From Amoebidium appalachense (taxonomy: Eukaryota > Protista > Ichthyosporea), in contig CAVNZM010000008.1 in assembly GCA_963693365.1 (NCBI GenBank), positions 1,550,001-1,614,000 of the forward strand: a DNA stretch of 64,000 nucleotides, written 5' to 3'. Of this stretch, positions 37,320 through 50,433 are shown in pieces. The notes beneath the pieces are model-generated. The model saw only the letters and a program-made list of their open reading frames with translations, did no database searches and had not been told where the DNA came from. Every line of letters starts with the position of its first letter. Within the stretch, counting starts at the first letter, position 1. The position numbers were made by a program, and so were the translations under genes.

Positions 37320-37569
37320 CTGTGTGCGTGTGTGCCGGTGTTGGAGGGAGGGCAACAATTTGAAGAAAAAAAAAGGACTGTTTGGATATTTTTTTTCTCT
37401 TTGGGGTTTACACACTTTTTATTGCGTGGACACTGCCGGAGGCCCAGCCACATTCGACGGCCTACTGCGTTTTCCAGCGCAGCCAATCAAATGCAGCCAG
37501 TGACATATGTACATGCTAGGCAACAAATGAGCGCCATCGTAGTATATGATTACCCCTATTACATATTAT

Positions 37570-37703
37570 GGGTATTGGAGAGGCTAGCATCGGTAGCTCC
37601 GAAAGAAAGTTAAGGCACCGGATCACAATATCATACTATGCAGCATTAATAAGGTGATCTATGATAGTCATCTTAAAACGGATATATTGAGGAAGAGAGG
37701 AAG
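37570..37703 (-). pseudogene. Decayed non-LTR retrotransposon-like ORF, C-terminal piece
   Basis: Removing the Gypsy element and one TSD restores the frame EVIGGLILF-SSSLPQYIRFKMTIIDHLIN. Confidence 0.45.
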
Positions 37704-37708
37704 AAAAG

Positions 37709-37759
37709 TGACATATACTAATCCGTCTCAGCAGATCAGCCTAAGTCTACGATCGAGAT

Positions 37760-37794
<35 letters not shown>

Positions 37795-38432
37795 GGCCCG
37801 GGTCCACAGATCATCAAGATCAAGTCCGGGGCCTCAAGATAGCTGTACAGCTGCGTGCAACTTGCCTCTGCCGGCGCAGGGCAGGACCACGTCAGCTGAA
37901 GCAGCCGACCAATAGAATTCTAATTAGTGTGTAGGATAGATCGTAGGAGGACTTAGGAATGTGATTGTTCGGGCAGAAGCCCTTTTGTAAGTATTGGCAA
38001 GGTTTGATAGTGTATGTTGCCAACCGTATTTATATATTTCGATGTAGAGGAAAGGGGGGAGGGAGGGGGGGGGGGGATAGTATGAAATGTAGATTTAGAC
38101 TCTGCGGTGCCACTAGGGGGAGGGTGAGGGGTGAGACATGGATAAATATATTAGTTTGAGTAGATCGACTTAGCTCGTGCAGGCGCACGATAAAGTAGAT
38201 CGGAATGTTTGGAATGTGGCATCGTAGGGGGGCCAGGTGATGATGATCTTTGAGGGCACGGCCTTGATGGCCTCAGGTGTGACTTAGCCTCATTCCGTAC
38301 GGATCTAAGTTTTGCCCGTCGGAGCCTGGTCTGAATAAACTTTACCGTTTTTCCGTACACGTTCGTTCCTTTTCGTGTGTGTACACTTAGTAGAGTGCCG
38401 CGTCTCTAGTACATACACAATAGGATACGACA
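37709..38432 (+). repeat. Gypsy 5' LTR
   Basis: Near-identical direct repeat of 54111-54829, differing by a few substitutions and G-run lengths. Confidence 0.97.
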
Positions 38433-38588
38433 AGCTACACCTTTCTTTCAGTGCGGTTTTTCGCGCTAGGGTAACGCGGTGACAGTTCCTTCTGGGCTGT
38501 TGCTACACCTCAAAAACACAACGGAAAAAAAAAAAAAAAAAAAAAAAAACATAAACACAACCACACGAGTTCGGGCACACACCACACA

Positions 38589-39922
38589 ATGGCTAAGTTC
38601 AACGTAGATATGTTCTACGCATTGGCAGCGGAGGATAGCTCCCTGCACACACAGGTACCACAGGTTCATACACTAGACGTTAGACAGACCACAGCTTTCA
38701 GTTTTACACTCAAACACGACTCGGAAATACCTAGGTGGCTTAGGACACTCCTAGCTAACACACCCACACTAGTGTTAGACACTAAGAAGGCCCCCACTGT
38801 GGCGGCCTCGTGCCTAATGATCAAGCAGTGCATCGACCACAAGACCATGGCCGACTTATGCACCCTTATGGAGGAGCACCCGTACCGGGCCGAGCAGGCC
38901 CCCCAGGTGACGGCTCGTATATACGAGCAGCAGTACGACGAGGGGAGGGACGAGATGGTGTCCCGGACGCTCGGCCAGAAACGTCTGGCCGCACGATTCA
39001 TCCCCGACGACGAGGGAGAACAGCACCGACGACGTGGACGGGGAGCTCGAGGCCTTCACACGGCCGGAAAACGAGCTCGAGTATACGGCCCGGCTCGTCG
39101 GCCGATACCTGACGGCCGACCGGCGCCGTACCTTCAGGGCCCAGCTACGAGAATGGAAGTATACCTTCCCCACTCTAGATATGTCCCCCGTAGAAGCTCG
39201 TGCATTCTTTGAAAGGGAATATCGGGTCTTTGAAGACCTTTGTGAGTTAGCTGGTGACGTGAGTGATAGGGAAAAGTTCGAGTTTGCTCGTAAGGCTCTC
39301 TCTGTTAACACAGACACTGCACGCATGTTTGGGGAGCATGATGATGTAGATGAGGTGGTGTTGCATGTTAAACGTCACTTGCTTGCCATGCACGAGGTGA
39401 AGTTCAATAAGAGGGATAAAAAGGAGGTGATGGAAGTAGAGAAGAAAAAGAAAGAGAGTGGAAAGAAGGGGGACAAAGAAGAGAAAGAGGGTGAACAGCC
39501 AGATGCACTCACCGTGTTGGACAAGCAGGTTGCCGAGCTCTCCCAGGCCGTCTTCTCTGGCCGAGGGGGCTTCGGCTTCCGGGGTGGCCGTGGCGGCGAC
39601 CGGGGTGGACACGGCGGTCGTGGGCGCGGTGGACGTGGGGGACAGCAGCAGCAGTTCACCGAGAGGTTTGCCCCTTATCTTGCTCGTGGTGGTGGGCAGG
39701 GTAGAGGGAGGGGTGGAAATGGTGGTGAGAGAGGCCGAGGGGGGCAGGGGGGAAGGGGGGGGCCGTGGTGCACACGGTGGGCCCCCCCAGCATGACCGGG
39801 CTCCCGGTTATGCTTTGCGCCAAGGTTTTGAAGTCCCCCCTGGCCCCTTCTTTGGTGCATGTTACTTCTGTGGCCGGCAAGGGCACTCTGCTGCATATTG
39901 CCGTAGTTACAAGAGCTATTGA
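38589..39922 (+). pseudogene. gag: Gypsy gag (RGG-rich region and CCHC knuckle), two frameshifts
   Basis: ORFs 38589+, 39034+ and 39458+ join through shifts near 39020 and 39785. Zinc knuckle CYFCGRQGHSAAYC, then TGA. Confidence 0.85.
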
Positions 39923-42550
39923 GTTCCGGGGGAGGGGGAAGCTGGGGTCACTGAGGGAGGGGGGGGGACAGTATCGGTCCCCCCCCAGGTTGCAGAGAAC
40001 CTTCACCCTCCCCCACCCCAGGTTAAGCTTCCCTTTGCCCCCTCACCGCCCCGATACGTGTGGGAGCCGGGCATCGTCGTGGGTCCTCAAGACAGCGTCG
40101 AGGTGGTATGGCATGAATGTTTGTGGGGTGACTCTACCAAAGGTATGAATGGTGTGAATGTTTTGTGGTTGGGGGAGGTTCCCCAGCCACAAGTGGATGG
40201 TCTCAGTGTTTCTTGTCCCAACCCGGTGTTTGTTCTAACCACACCGGAGGGGGTTTCTGTGCCATTGTTCCCGGGAAGGGGGGGGACACACACGAGTAAA
40301 GGGGGAAGGGGGGGGAAGGCACAGACACGTAGAAACACACCACCACAACAACATACGACGGTTGCAGACACACCTACACCCACACACACACCCACACATA
40401 CACCAAACACACACACACCACCCACCCACACACCACACACACACACTCCACCACCACCCACATCACATACACACCCCACCCCACCCGTGCAGGCACCACA
40501 GGTAGGTATGTTGCACGTAGGTATCGAGGGTGTGAGTCTTCGTGGGCAGGGATTGGGTGTGAGTGATGATGTGTTGCTTGAATTGGAGGAGGATTTAGTT
40601 GGTTTTAGCCGGCATTATATAGACGTATGGTTAGCTGATGGTAAGTTGAAGGCTGTTGCTTTGCTCGATGGAGGGGCTCAGGTTAATTGTGTGCATGCTT
40701 CGTTTATTCGTCGTTTTAATCAGGCCGGGGGGGAAATTCCTATTTTAGATGCTTCTAGCACAGCCTTAGGTAGTGCTAATAATAGTAGTATGTCTGTGGA
40801 AGGTGTTTGACAATTGTGTGTTGCCGTGTGAGATAGGTGGCCAGGCTATGCATATTGCTTGTTATGTGGTTAAGGATTTAGCTCAAAGTGTTTTGTTGGG
40901 AGCCCCATTTTTCCGTAGACATGTGAATGCTTTGTTTGAACGTACGAATGTTTTAGAATTGCAGTCCGGCGTTAAAATTAAAACCCATGATGGGCTCGAC
41001 GGTTATCAGTCTGGTGCTAGAACGGTAGCTGAAGTAGTAATCGAGCCTTATCAGTGCCAAACGGTACGTGTCCGGGCCGGCAATCATGTTCGGATAGGGG
41101 ATTTGGGGGTTTTTACTCCGAAAACCCCATTTCAGGAGGTGGCTCAATGGACCCTTAGTAGGGTATGGCCGGATAAGACAATAGAAATAGAATTAGTGAA
41201 TCCGGGCATCGAGCCTATAGTGATTAGGTCAAGTGTTTCCGTCGGTAGTTTCACTAATGAGATTGGTAGTATAGAGGTCTCTCTTATTACCCAAAAGGAG
41301 GATGCAGGCTCGAAGGGTGACTCAGGAGGAGGGGGAACAACTTTATTTAACGTTAGCCACCAAAATGTCACCCGACACGATGGGGGGGGGGGACCGGGAC
41401 AGCACCGGTCCCACTCCCCCGACCCCCAAGAGGAAGGAGGGTCACCCCGGGTGTGAGAATGTGCAGGCAGGGGGGGAGGGTGTTGGTCTACTAGTAACCC
41501 GTGGATCTGACGGGTTAACCAACACCGTGGGGGGCAGGGTGGCCACAGACCTGGCCCCCCACATACATGCACTAACTCATCAGGAATTGCCCGGGGGCAT
41601 GGGTGTGCCGGGGGGAGGGGGGGGGTGCTAAGGGTGACCGCCTATATCCGGAGGTACCTCAACCTCACCCCGAGCAGCACCGATGTAATACAGGAGGTGA
41701 AATGTTAAGTGGCACTCCGGTGAATAAGGATGCATCCACTTGTGATGGGGGTAACCCGGAGTTAGTATTGCCATTTGGTATGACGGAGGGGGATTGGACG
41801 GTAGAACAGAAAAAATTGCTAGCTAAGTTATTTGATAGGACTCGGTTTGCATTTCTGGCCGATGATAATGAAGTAGGCTTCGTTAAAGGGTTTGAAATGC
41901 AGATCGACACAGGTGATAATAGGCCGGTAGTGATGCCTAGCTATAGAATGGAGCAGTATAAATTGTCGGATGCGCTAATAATAGTGAGTGATATGTTAAA
42001 AAAGGGTCATGTGGAGCATAGCTCGAGTCCGTGGAGAAGTCCGGTGCTATTGGTTAAGAAGCCCGACGGGACTTGGCGTCTAGTGAACGATTACAGGGCT
42101 CTGAATCGGATCACTAAGGCAGACCAATGGCCTCTCCCTAACATAGACGAGCAGCTTTCACAGCTGCACGGCTATACTCACTTTGCTAAACTTGATTTAA
42201 AAGCAGCTTTTTGGCAGATTAGGTTGGAGGAGAGCAGCAAGGAGAAGACTGCCTTTGCACTGGGTGACCAGCTGTTCCAGTACAAGGTGGTGCCGATGGG
42301 TTTGCTCTCCTCTCCAGCTATGTTGTGCCGGGTAATGTATAAAATTCTCCACCCTCATTTGGATGTATGCCACCCTTATTTGGATGATGTTTTAATTAAA
42401 GGTAGGTCATTTGAGGAGTTAGTTAATAATTGTGAAAAAGTATTTTTAGCTTTGGGTGAGTCTGGTCTTCATATTAGCGGTAGCAAGACTGTGATTGGTG
42501 TGCCGGAGGTTAAGTTTTTAGGTCATATTGTGTCTAGTAATGGTCTTTCC
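39923..42550 (+). pseudogene. pol: Gypsy pol 5' part: aspartic protease, linker, reverse transcriptase
   Basis: LLDGGAQVN protease motif. RT motifs SPWRSPVLLVKKPDG, DYRALN, LDLKAAFWQI, YLDD and VKFLGHIV. Frameshifted. Confidence 0.92.
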
Positions 42551-42559
42551 CCCGGGCCC

Positions 42560-44015
42560 CCCGCATCAGCAAACTTCATCCGGCATCCGAAACCCATTAA
42601 AAACCCATTAAAGATATCATAAACCCATAAACCCATCTTTTTGCCACTCTTTATCCCCCTCTTGTCTTTTAGATAACATAACAGCATCGTTTTGCTATCA
42701 CGGGTTTTCTGGATATCATTTTGGTATCTTTTGCTAGATATCAAAATGATCTCATAATGGGCTCATACGGAGCACCCTGAACCCATCGTTGTTCTATCCT
42801 GTGTTCCATGTATTCAACAACCTCGTTATATCCGTATGATACCATTATGATAGTCTATTTGATATCATAAAATCTTTTTAGTCTGATGTTCAGAAGCGTT
42901 TTAGACATAATAAAGATATCTCTAATAGCGGATTAGGAGCCCTTCCCCATATCCTTATGGTAGCTATCACATATCCTTACGATATATATGATAATCGATC
43001 ATAAGATACATATATATCTATATGATATCATTTCGAGGTCATTATAGGAGGTTTCGTATATGGTAATACATCTATAAGATACTATTACAGATGTCCTTTT
43101 CATATACAACGGATAGGTATAGGATGCCGAAAACATTATCTAAAGATCATACGTTAAATGTCATAACGATATAAGCCTCATAACATAAAGATAACTAGGA
43201 TGGGTCAAAAGAAATTTCGTAATAATATCGTTTTGATAGTTTTAGGAGCCTTTAAAGATATGAGAAGTTCTGGCTGTATGTCCTCTACACGACATCTTTC
43301 TAGTATCTGTTACATATCGTTAAAACATATAGTAGTTTATCAGCTAACCATTCCTTATGATATTAGTAGCATATCGTTAACATAACTCTGTCACATCTTT
43401 TTGACATACAGCACATATATCAAAACGATAAATTTAAGGTATAATTAAGATTTATTAAGAATGATTTTCGCAATATAGTTATATTATCCTTTTCATACCA
43501 TTATGTTATGTCTTGATATATATGATTGAGCCATTTTCAAAGTTGATATCATCCAGACGTCGTTTCCGATCACTGTTTGATGTCGTTTTGCCCCCCCCCC
43601 CCCCCCCCCCCCCGCCCCTCACCCCTTTCGAACCTGCCTGTCACGTGGTCATATGTCGTCGAGCCGCTGATTACAGATCCATTTTCTGCAGACACGTCCC
43701 ACTGGAACGTGTCAACTATAACTCATCTATTATCTTTTACGTAGGGTTATGTCCCACTGGGGCGTGTCTGTCACTTCAAATATTTTCTAAGACAAATATT
43801 TTCTAAGACAAATATTTTTAAAGACATGTCCTCGGGACATGTCTTCACACAATTTATTCGAACTACGAAAACACACAAAATAAATACACAGACACACACA
43901 AAATAATAATAATAATAATAAAAATAATAAAAAGCTCTGTTACTTTTTCTCTTCGCACACACACACACAAAAAAAAAGAAAAAAAGAAAAAAAAAGAAAA
44001 GTCACTCTTTTGTGT

Positions 44016-44046
<31 letters not shown>

Positions 44047-45537
44047 GGAAGGAGTATAAAAGAGCAGCAACGAACATAAACAAAACTCAAAACAAGCAAA
44101 CTATTATGCGGGTTTCTAAGAAGCTCCCAACATCATTAAACTAAACACATGCTAATCCCTTGACAGAAGAGTAACAAGGTGTGTGTGTATGGGTATGAGG
44201 CCCAAAAAAAAAAAAAAGGACGCCCAACATGACAATATAAGGGGGGCACTCTTACACCAAACCATACCATACCAAATGCCGGCAGAGTAATTAACAGGAC
44301 AAAGAGCCGGTACCCACCTATGGGTGCTAAACATGCACATGATCATTCATGTGCTATAAGAGCAACACAGAAACGAAACACGGAAACAACAGCAGCCATA
44401 GGACAAAGAACCAGACCCACAGGGTCTTGCCTCCATACTTTATTTACCTTAACAGGACAAAGAGCCGGTACCCACCTATGAAACGAAAAACGGAAACAAC
44501 AGCAGCCATAGGACAAAGAGCCGGTACCCACCTCTAGATGATAACGTAGCCTTATAGCTGCTGATGACTTCATGGGCCAACCTTGCCAAAAACTGTAAAG
44601 GAACTCGAGCTAAGAATTAGCTCATCCTACTTGCGAGAAGTGGGGGGAGGGGGGGGAGGGGGGGGGGGGGGGGGGGGGGACTGAGGGGGCTGACTGAGAG
44701 TGGCAAAAAAAGAGTCGACAGAACCAACCTTAAACGTAAGGACGGAAACCCGGACCAGAACTTATGAAGTCTAGAGAAGCAGAAAATAGCTTGAACGATC
44801 GGTGGAGGGGATGATAGCTATAGTGCTAACAGCAAAAGTAGTGCCCACAGTCGCTGGTTCATGAACGTGAAAGGCAACGTGCATCTGCAGCCAGCAGACA
44901 CACGCACACGCACGCACGCACACACACATACACACACACACACACAGACACAGACACAGACCAGACAGACAAACGCCATATGCACAAAAGCAGGCAACAC
45001 AAAACTAACCTTCAAGAAGAAGCTGCAGCATGCAGCATGGTCCAAAACAATCAGCACGGTGGCTGCGCGATCTGCGGAGGGGATCTGTGACCAGGCGCTG
45101 CGGGAAGGGAACTGCGACCAGGCGACCTGCGGGAAGGGACCTGCGACCAGGCGACCTGCGGGAAAGGACCTGCGGACCTGCGGGAAGGGGGAAGAGAAAT
45201 GGAGCAAACAACGTGCGTACAGGCTTAAATGGAGAAAAAAATTGCAAACCGGATTGGGATTTAGCCAATCACTATTCGCCGCGCCTGATTAGGAAAAAGA
45301 TAAAAATAGATTTCGGCTCGCGCGCGCGCGTGCATCAGCTTGGTGCCCTTAGCGCTACCCTTAGTGCCCTTAGTCACAACTATCAGACTATAGTTACGTG
45401 TCCTCCACTTCTTTGTTCTTGACCATTTTTTCGGCATGAAAGGGTTTCTGTTACTTCTTGCTGTCCTTCTTAGCGTGCTTGCTTGTCTTTTTTTCAACAT
45501 GGGTGTCACTGGCGCTTTCGACTTCTTTGAAATCACA

Positions 45538-45568
<31 letters not shown>

Positions 45569-46104
45569 GCGCGCACGCGCGCACGCACACACACTCACAC
45601 ATGCACACTGCACACACACACACACACACACACACAGGCGCGCACACACAGGCACGCACACACACACAGGCGCACACCTACACAACACACACAGCACAGG
45701 CACACACAAGCGCACACACGCACACACCCTGTTATCCCTGATCATGATGCCCCCTCCCCCCTCCCTCTTCCCCCCCCGCGCACCCCCCCCCCCCCCCCCC
45801 CCCCACCCACCCCACCCACCCACCTACAAAGACGAAAACATTGTACATGTATTGCATACACAAATATACTCGCACATATACATACACACATTCACTTTAA
45901 TCTTTCAGGCTACATGTGCAATATACATTAATTATGCACAGTCGATAGAATTCGTTGTGAACCCCCCCCCCCCCCCCCCCCCCCCCTCCTCGTTCCCCCC
46001 ATATGCAATGGGGATAATATTGTTTCCCGCTATTAATTAAAAAATCACCGTTCTAACTTCTTAAGACCGAACCACTTGTAACACCGACAGTTTCGGTTGT
46101 GTGG

Positions 46105-46139
<35 letters not shown>

Positions 46140-47516
46140 CCCACCCACCACCTTACCAATATTGAGGTGTACACTGCCCCCACATCCCCAACTGTGTGCT
46201 GAATATCCCGTGCTAGGAAACCAATAACGTGAAAGTAACACATGCCGCATGTGGGTAGTTATTGAAAAAACCAATAATGTCTAGGTAACATACCGTATGA
46301 TGTACATATACTATGCTACAAAGGGGGTTCTATACGAGCTACAACGTTGTGTTTTTTTCGTGTGACCCTCGTACTCCAGGGGCACATTCACCATCCCCCC
46401 CATAAACTTTGTGGTAAAGTTCTCGTGCTAGAAGCTGTTCTGTGGGTAGTTATTGAAAAAACGAATAATGTCTAGGTAACACATGTACATATGCTATGCT
46501 ACAAGGGGGGTTCTATTCGAGCTACAATGTTGTGTTTTTTTCGTGTGACCCTCGTACTCCAGGGGCACATTCACCATCCACCCCATAAACGTTGTGGTAA
46601 ATCTCTCGTCCTAGAGGCTGTTCTGTGGGTAGTTATTGAAAAACCAATAATGTCTAGGTAACATATATATGTACATATACTATGCTACAAGGGGGGTTCT
46701 ATACGAGCTACAACGTTGTGTTTTTTTCGTGTGACCCTCGTACTCCAGGGGCACATTCACCATCCCCCCCATAAACGTTGTGGTAAAGCTCTCGTGCTAG
46801 AAGCTGTTCTGTGGGTAGTTATTGAAAAAACCAATAATGTCTAGGTAACATACTATGTACATATACTATGCTACAAGGGGGGTTCTATACGAGCTACAAC
46901 GTTGTGCTTTTTTCGTGTGACCCTCGTACTCCAGGGGCACATTCACCATCCCCCCCATACACGTTGTGGTAAAGCTCTCGTGCTAGAAGCTGTTCTGTGG
47001 GTAGTTATTGAAAAAACGAATAATGTCTAGGTAACACATGTACTTATACTATGCTACAAGGGGGGTTCTATTCGAGCTACAATGTTGTGTTTTTTTCGTG
47101 TGACCCTCGTACTCCAGGGGCACATCACCACCACCCCAAAACTTGTGGAAACTCTCGTCTAGAGCGTGGTAGAGAAAAACCAATAATGTCTAGGTAACAT
47201 ATGTACTTATACTATGCTACAAGGGGGGTTCTATACGAGCTACAAGGTTGTGTTTTTTTCGTGTGACCCTCGTACTCCAGGGGCACATTTACCATCCCCC
47301 CATAAACGTTGTGGTAAATTTCTCGTGCTAGAGGCTGTTCTGTGGGTAGTTATTGAAAAACCAATAATGTCTAGGTAACATATGTACATATACTATGCTA
47401 CAAGGTGCTACAAGGGAGGAGATATTTTATGAACGGGAGAGTGAGCCGAGAATGTGTAGATAAAGAACAGAGGAATATCGAGGCAACCGTGGTGTACCCT
47501 GTCTTTATGTGAACAC

Positions 47517-47548
<32 letters not shown>

Positions 47549-47615
47549 CTCGCGCGTTCGTGTCTACCGATGTACGTGCACACGGGCATGTGTTTGGGTG
47601 TGTGTATGTACGTGT

Positions 47616-47677
<62 letters not shown>

Positions 47678-47701
47678 AGGTGCGCATGGTAACGTGTGTG
47701 T

Positions 47702-47781
<80 letters not shown>

Positions 47782-47814
47782 CAACGTGCCTGTGTGTGTG
47801 TGTGTGTGTGTGGC

Positions 47815-47845
<31 letters not shown>

Positions 47846-50433
47846 AGGGCAACGTGTCTGTCTGTGTGTGTGTATCTCTCTCTGTGTGTGTGTGTTTGTG
47901 TGTGTGTGTGTGGCAGCGTGCGTGTCTCGCTGTGTGTGTGTGTGTGTGTGTGTGTCATGATTGACGACATAGGTTCAGAAGAAGAGTGTGTATCACTACG
48001 TTGCAGTTTTCACATACTTTGTAGTTCACGCGCGCGGAGGCATAATGTTAACGTGCGTTACCGGTTATAGAAAGCACAAGCGTAACTAGCGTTTTATATC
48101 ATAAATAGTCATAAAATGGTAACGTTCATTATAACTACGATGCATGAGAATAGAATGATATCAACAATACATACATTAGATATCGTACGGATATCTTGCG
48201 ATATATCATCTGGTGTCCGGAGAATGTGCACGTGCCTGTGATGTGCACCCGCCCTAATGCAGTAAGGTATTGTTTTCAGGCGCTAATAAACCTTCAAAGG
48301 TGGTAACATCCTCGGAACACACAAAATATAAAATTGCAATAAATAACCATTTTCCTGCTTCGATGCTCGAAATTGGTACTATGTAGTTACTAGATTGCTC
48401 TATTTTGCCTAGTGTTTAGTGTTTCGGACGTTCGCAATTTACACTCTGCCACATGGCACTTGCCAAATGGGGTAATTTAGTTTTATTTGCGGCCGTTGTG
48501 GTTGCGTGTTTATCTAACAAATATCATTATGAGATGTTTATGACCCCTGTGGGATATGTACAAGATCAGACCATAGAAGATCAGGTCGTTGCGATGTCGT
48601 AAAGATGGCAGAAACATATCTTCATTAGATGTATGCGATAATCTCAATTAAACATGAAACGTGATTGGCTGATCACAGTTGGGTGACCCTGAGCATGCCG
48701 TTTTGAAGAATAACAACCAATCAAAATCGGGTTTGCCATTTTGTGATTTTCGTCCCACAATCGAACGGAAAAGTGATTTCCTGGCCCTATATAAATGGCC
48801 ATGCCACCATCACATTCAGATGGCCGCAATGAGCCCCGCAATGCCCCGTGTGAGTAATTGGCGGGTTTCCCAACGATTGCTCAGCTGGCTTGATCACAAA
48901 AATTTTCTTTGCGCGTATATCGCAACCATTCTCATCGGACATCTAATAGACATCTAAAGGATTTTTCGATTGTTCTTCTGATATCTTTCTAATATCCACA
49001 ATGCTGCCGTTTAGATATCACATTGATGTACTTACAAAAGACACTGACCTTCTACTGCACGGATGTTCTTCTGATATCTTTCTAATATCCACAATACTGC
49101 CGCTTAGATATCACTGGGATGGCAAGCTTATGTATCATATACTTATGAATTCGATATATAAATATATCCCTATGCGGATATCGCAATGATAATCTAAGGG
49201 CCTCTAAAAGATATGTAGATGATACCTCGTGGACTACTGCTCTGGACAGATTAGGATATTCAAATGATAGGTTACAGCATATCACATTGATGTACATAGC
49301 GACATCTTACCGATATCAATCACACAACTCACTAGTCTTTATTTAGATATATCAGGTACATATCCTTACGACGTGTACAAAGATATGAATTAGATATCGT
49401 AGCTTGGGCCTGCAAAGAGGCAGTTGTGATATGTTTGAGATGTAGGACCAAAAACAGATAACATATTAAATATAAAAGGGATATCAAAAAGAATATCAAA
49501 AGGATACCCACAATGCCGCCGTTTTAGACAGAGCGGGATATTCAAATGATAAGTTACAGCATATCACATTGATGTACATAGGGGCATCTTACACATACCA
49601 ATCACATATATCACAAGTCTTTATTTAGATATATTTGGTACATATCCTTACGACCTGTACAATGATATGAATTAGATATCATATCTTGGGCCTGTGGACA
49701 AAGGGATATCCGAAAGGATATCAAAAGGATGTCTTCAACATGCCTACTGGTTGTGTACAAGGGTATCTTCTGGATTACCCCCATGGGCGCATAACGATAT
49801 CAAAAAAATGGTTGTAGGTACATCACAACGATGTCCAGACGATATCAAAACAACATCTGTATTATATTCAATTTATAAGCATACATGTTATCCATCAGAT
49901 ATCACGTGGATATCAATTTGTATTGTCCCACGACATCAGGTAGATATCGTCATGTAATGCGTATTGGATGGGATTAAGATATTCTATAATGAGGGATATC
50001 TGTAGGCTATAACAAAGACATCTAACAGATATCGTTTGGGGCACCAATATCCTAAACGTATGTGAAACATATCCAAAAGAGCTATTATGACCTTGCTAAC
50101 ATACATATCACTAGGATAGCATATGGATATCATAATGCTATGAGGAAATTTTGAGATTTTCGGTCAAAAACCAAAACCATCGTGGTTTTCTATGATATCG
50201 TAAGGATATCGTAAGGATATCAGCAAAGGATGGGTTTCGGATATGCGCCATACCATAACCAATCCGAACCCTATCAAAGATATCATTGATAGGGATCTGA
50301 TGGGTTCTATCCGGGAATTCTATGATATCTTGTCAGGCTCTTTTTGACGTATTTAGGGTGGGGTTTGGTATGCCATATATCAAAATGATATATAAGATGG
50401 GGTTCGGATGCCGGATGAAGTTTGCTGATAGGG
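42560..50433. mobile_element. ~7.9-kb non-autonomous TIR DNA transposon (CCC...GGG ends, CMC/EnSpm-like) inserted in the Gypsy RT
   Basis: TIR ATCAGCAAACTTCATCCGGCATCCGAA at 42565, with its reverse complement ending at 50429. RT resumes PDPEKIRAI at ~50434. Subterminal arms are GATATC-rich. No transposase seen, and the TSD is ambiguous within the C/G runs. Confidence 0.85.
46251..47404. repeat. ~185-bp tandem satellite, about 6.3 copies
   Basis: GTGGGTAGTTATTGAAAAA units start at 46251, 46442, 46625, 46811, 46997, ~47166 (degenerate) and 47342. Confidence 0.95.

Noticed and set aside
46251-47404. Spliced-leader RNA gene array or CRISPR array (AACCAATAATGTCTAG|GTAAC)
   Set aside because: No convincing Sm site, whole units repeat with no unique spacers, the array lies inside a transposon, and there are no cas genes.
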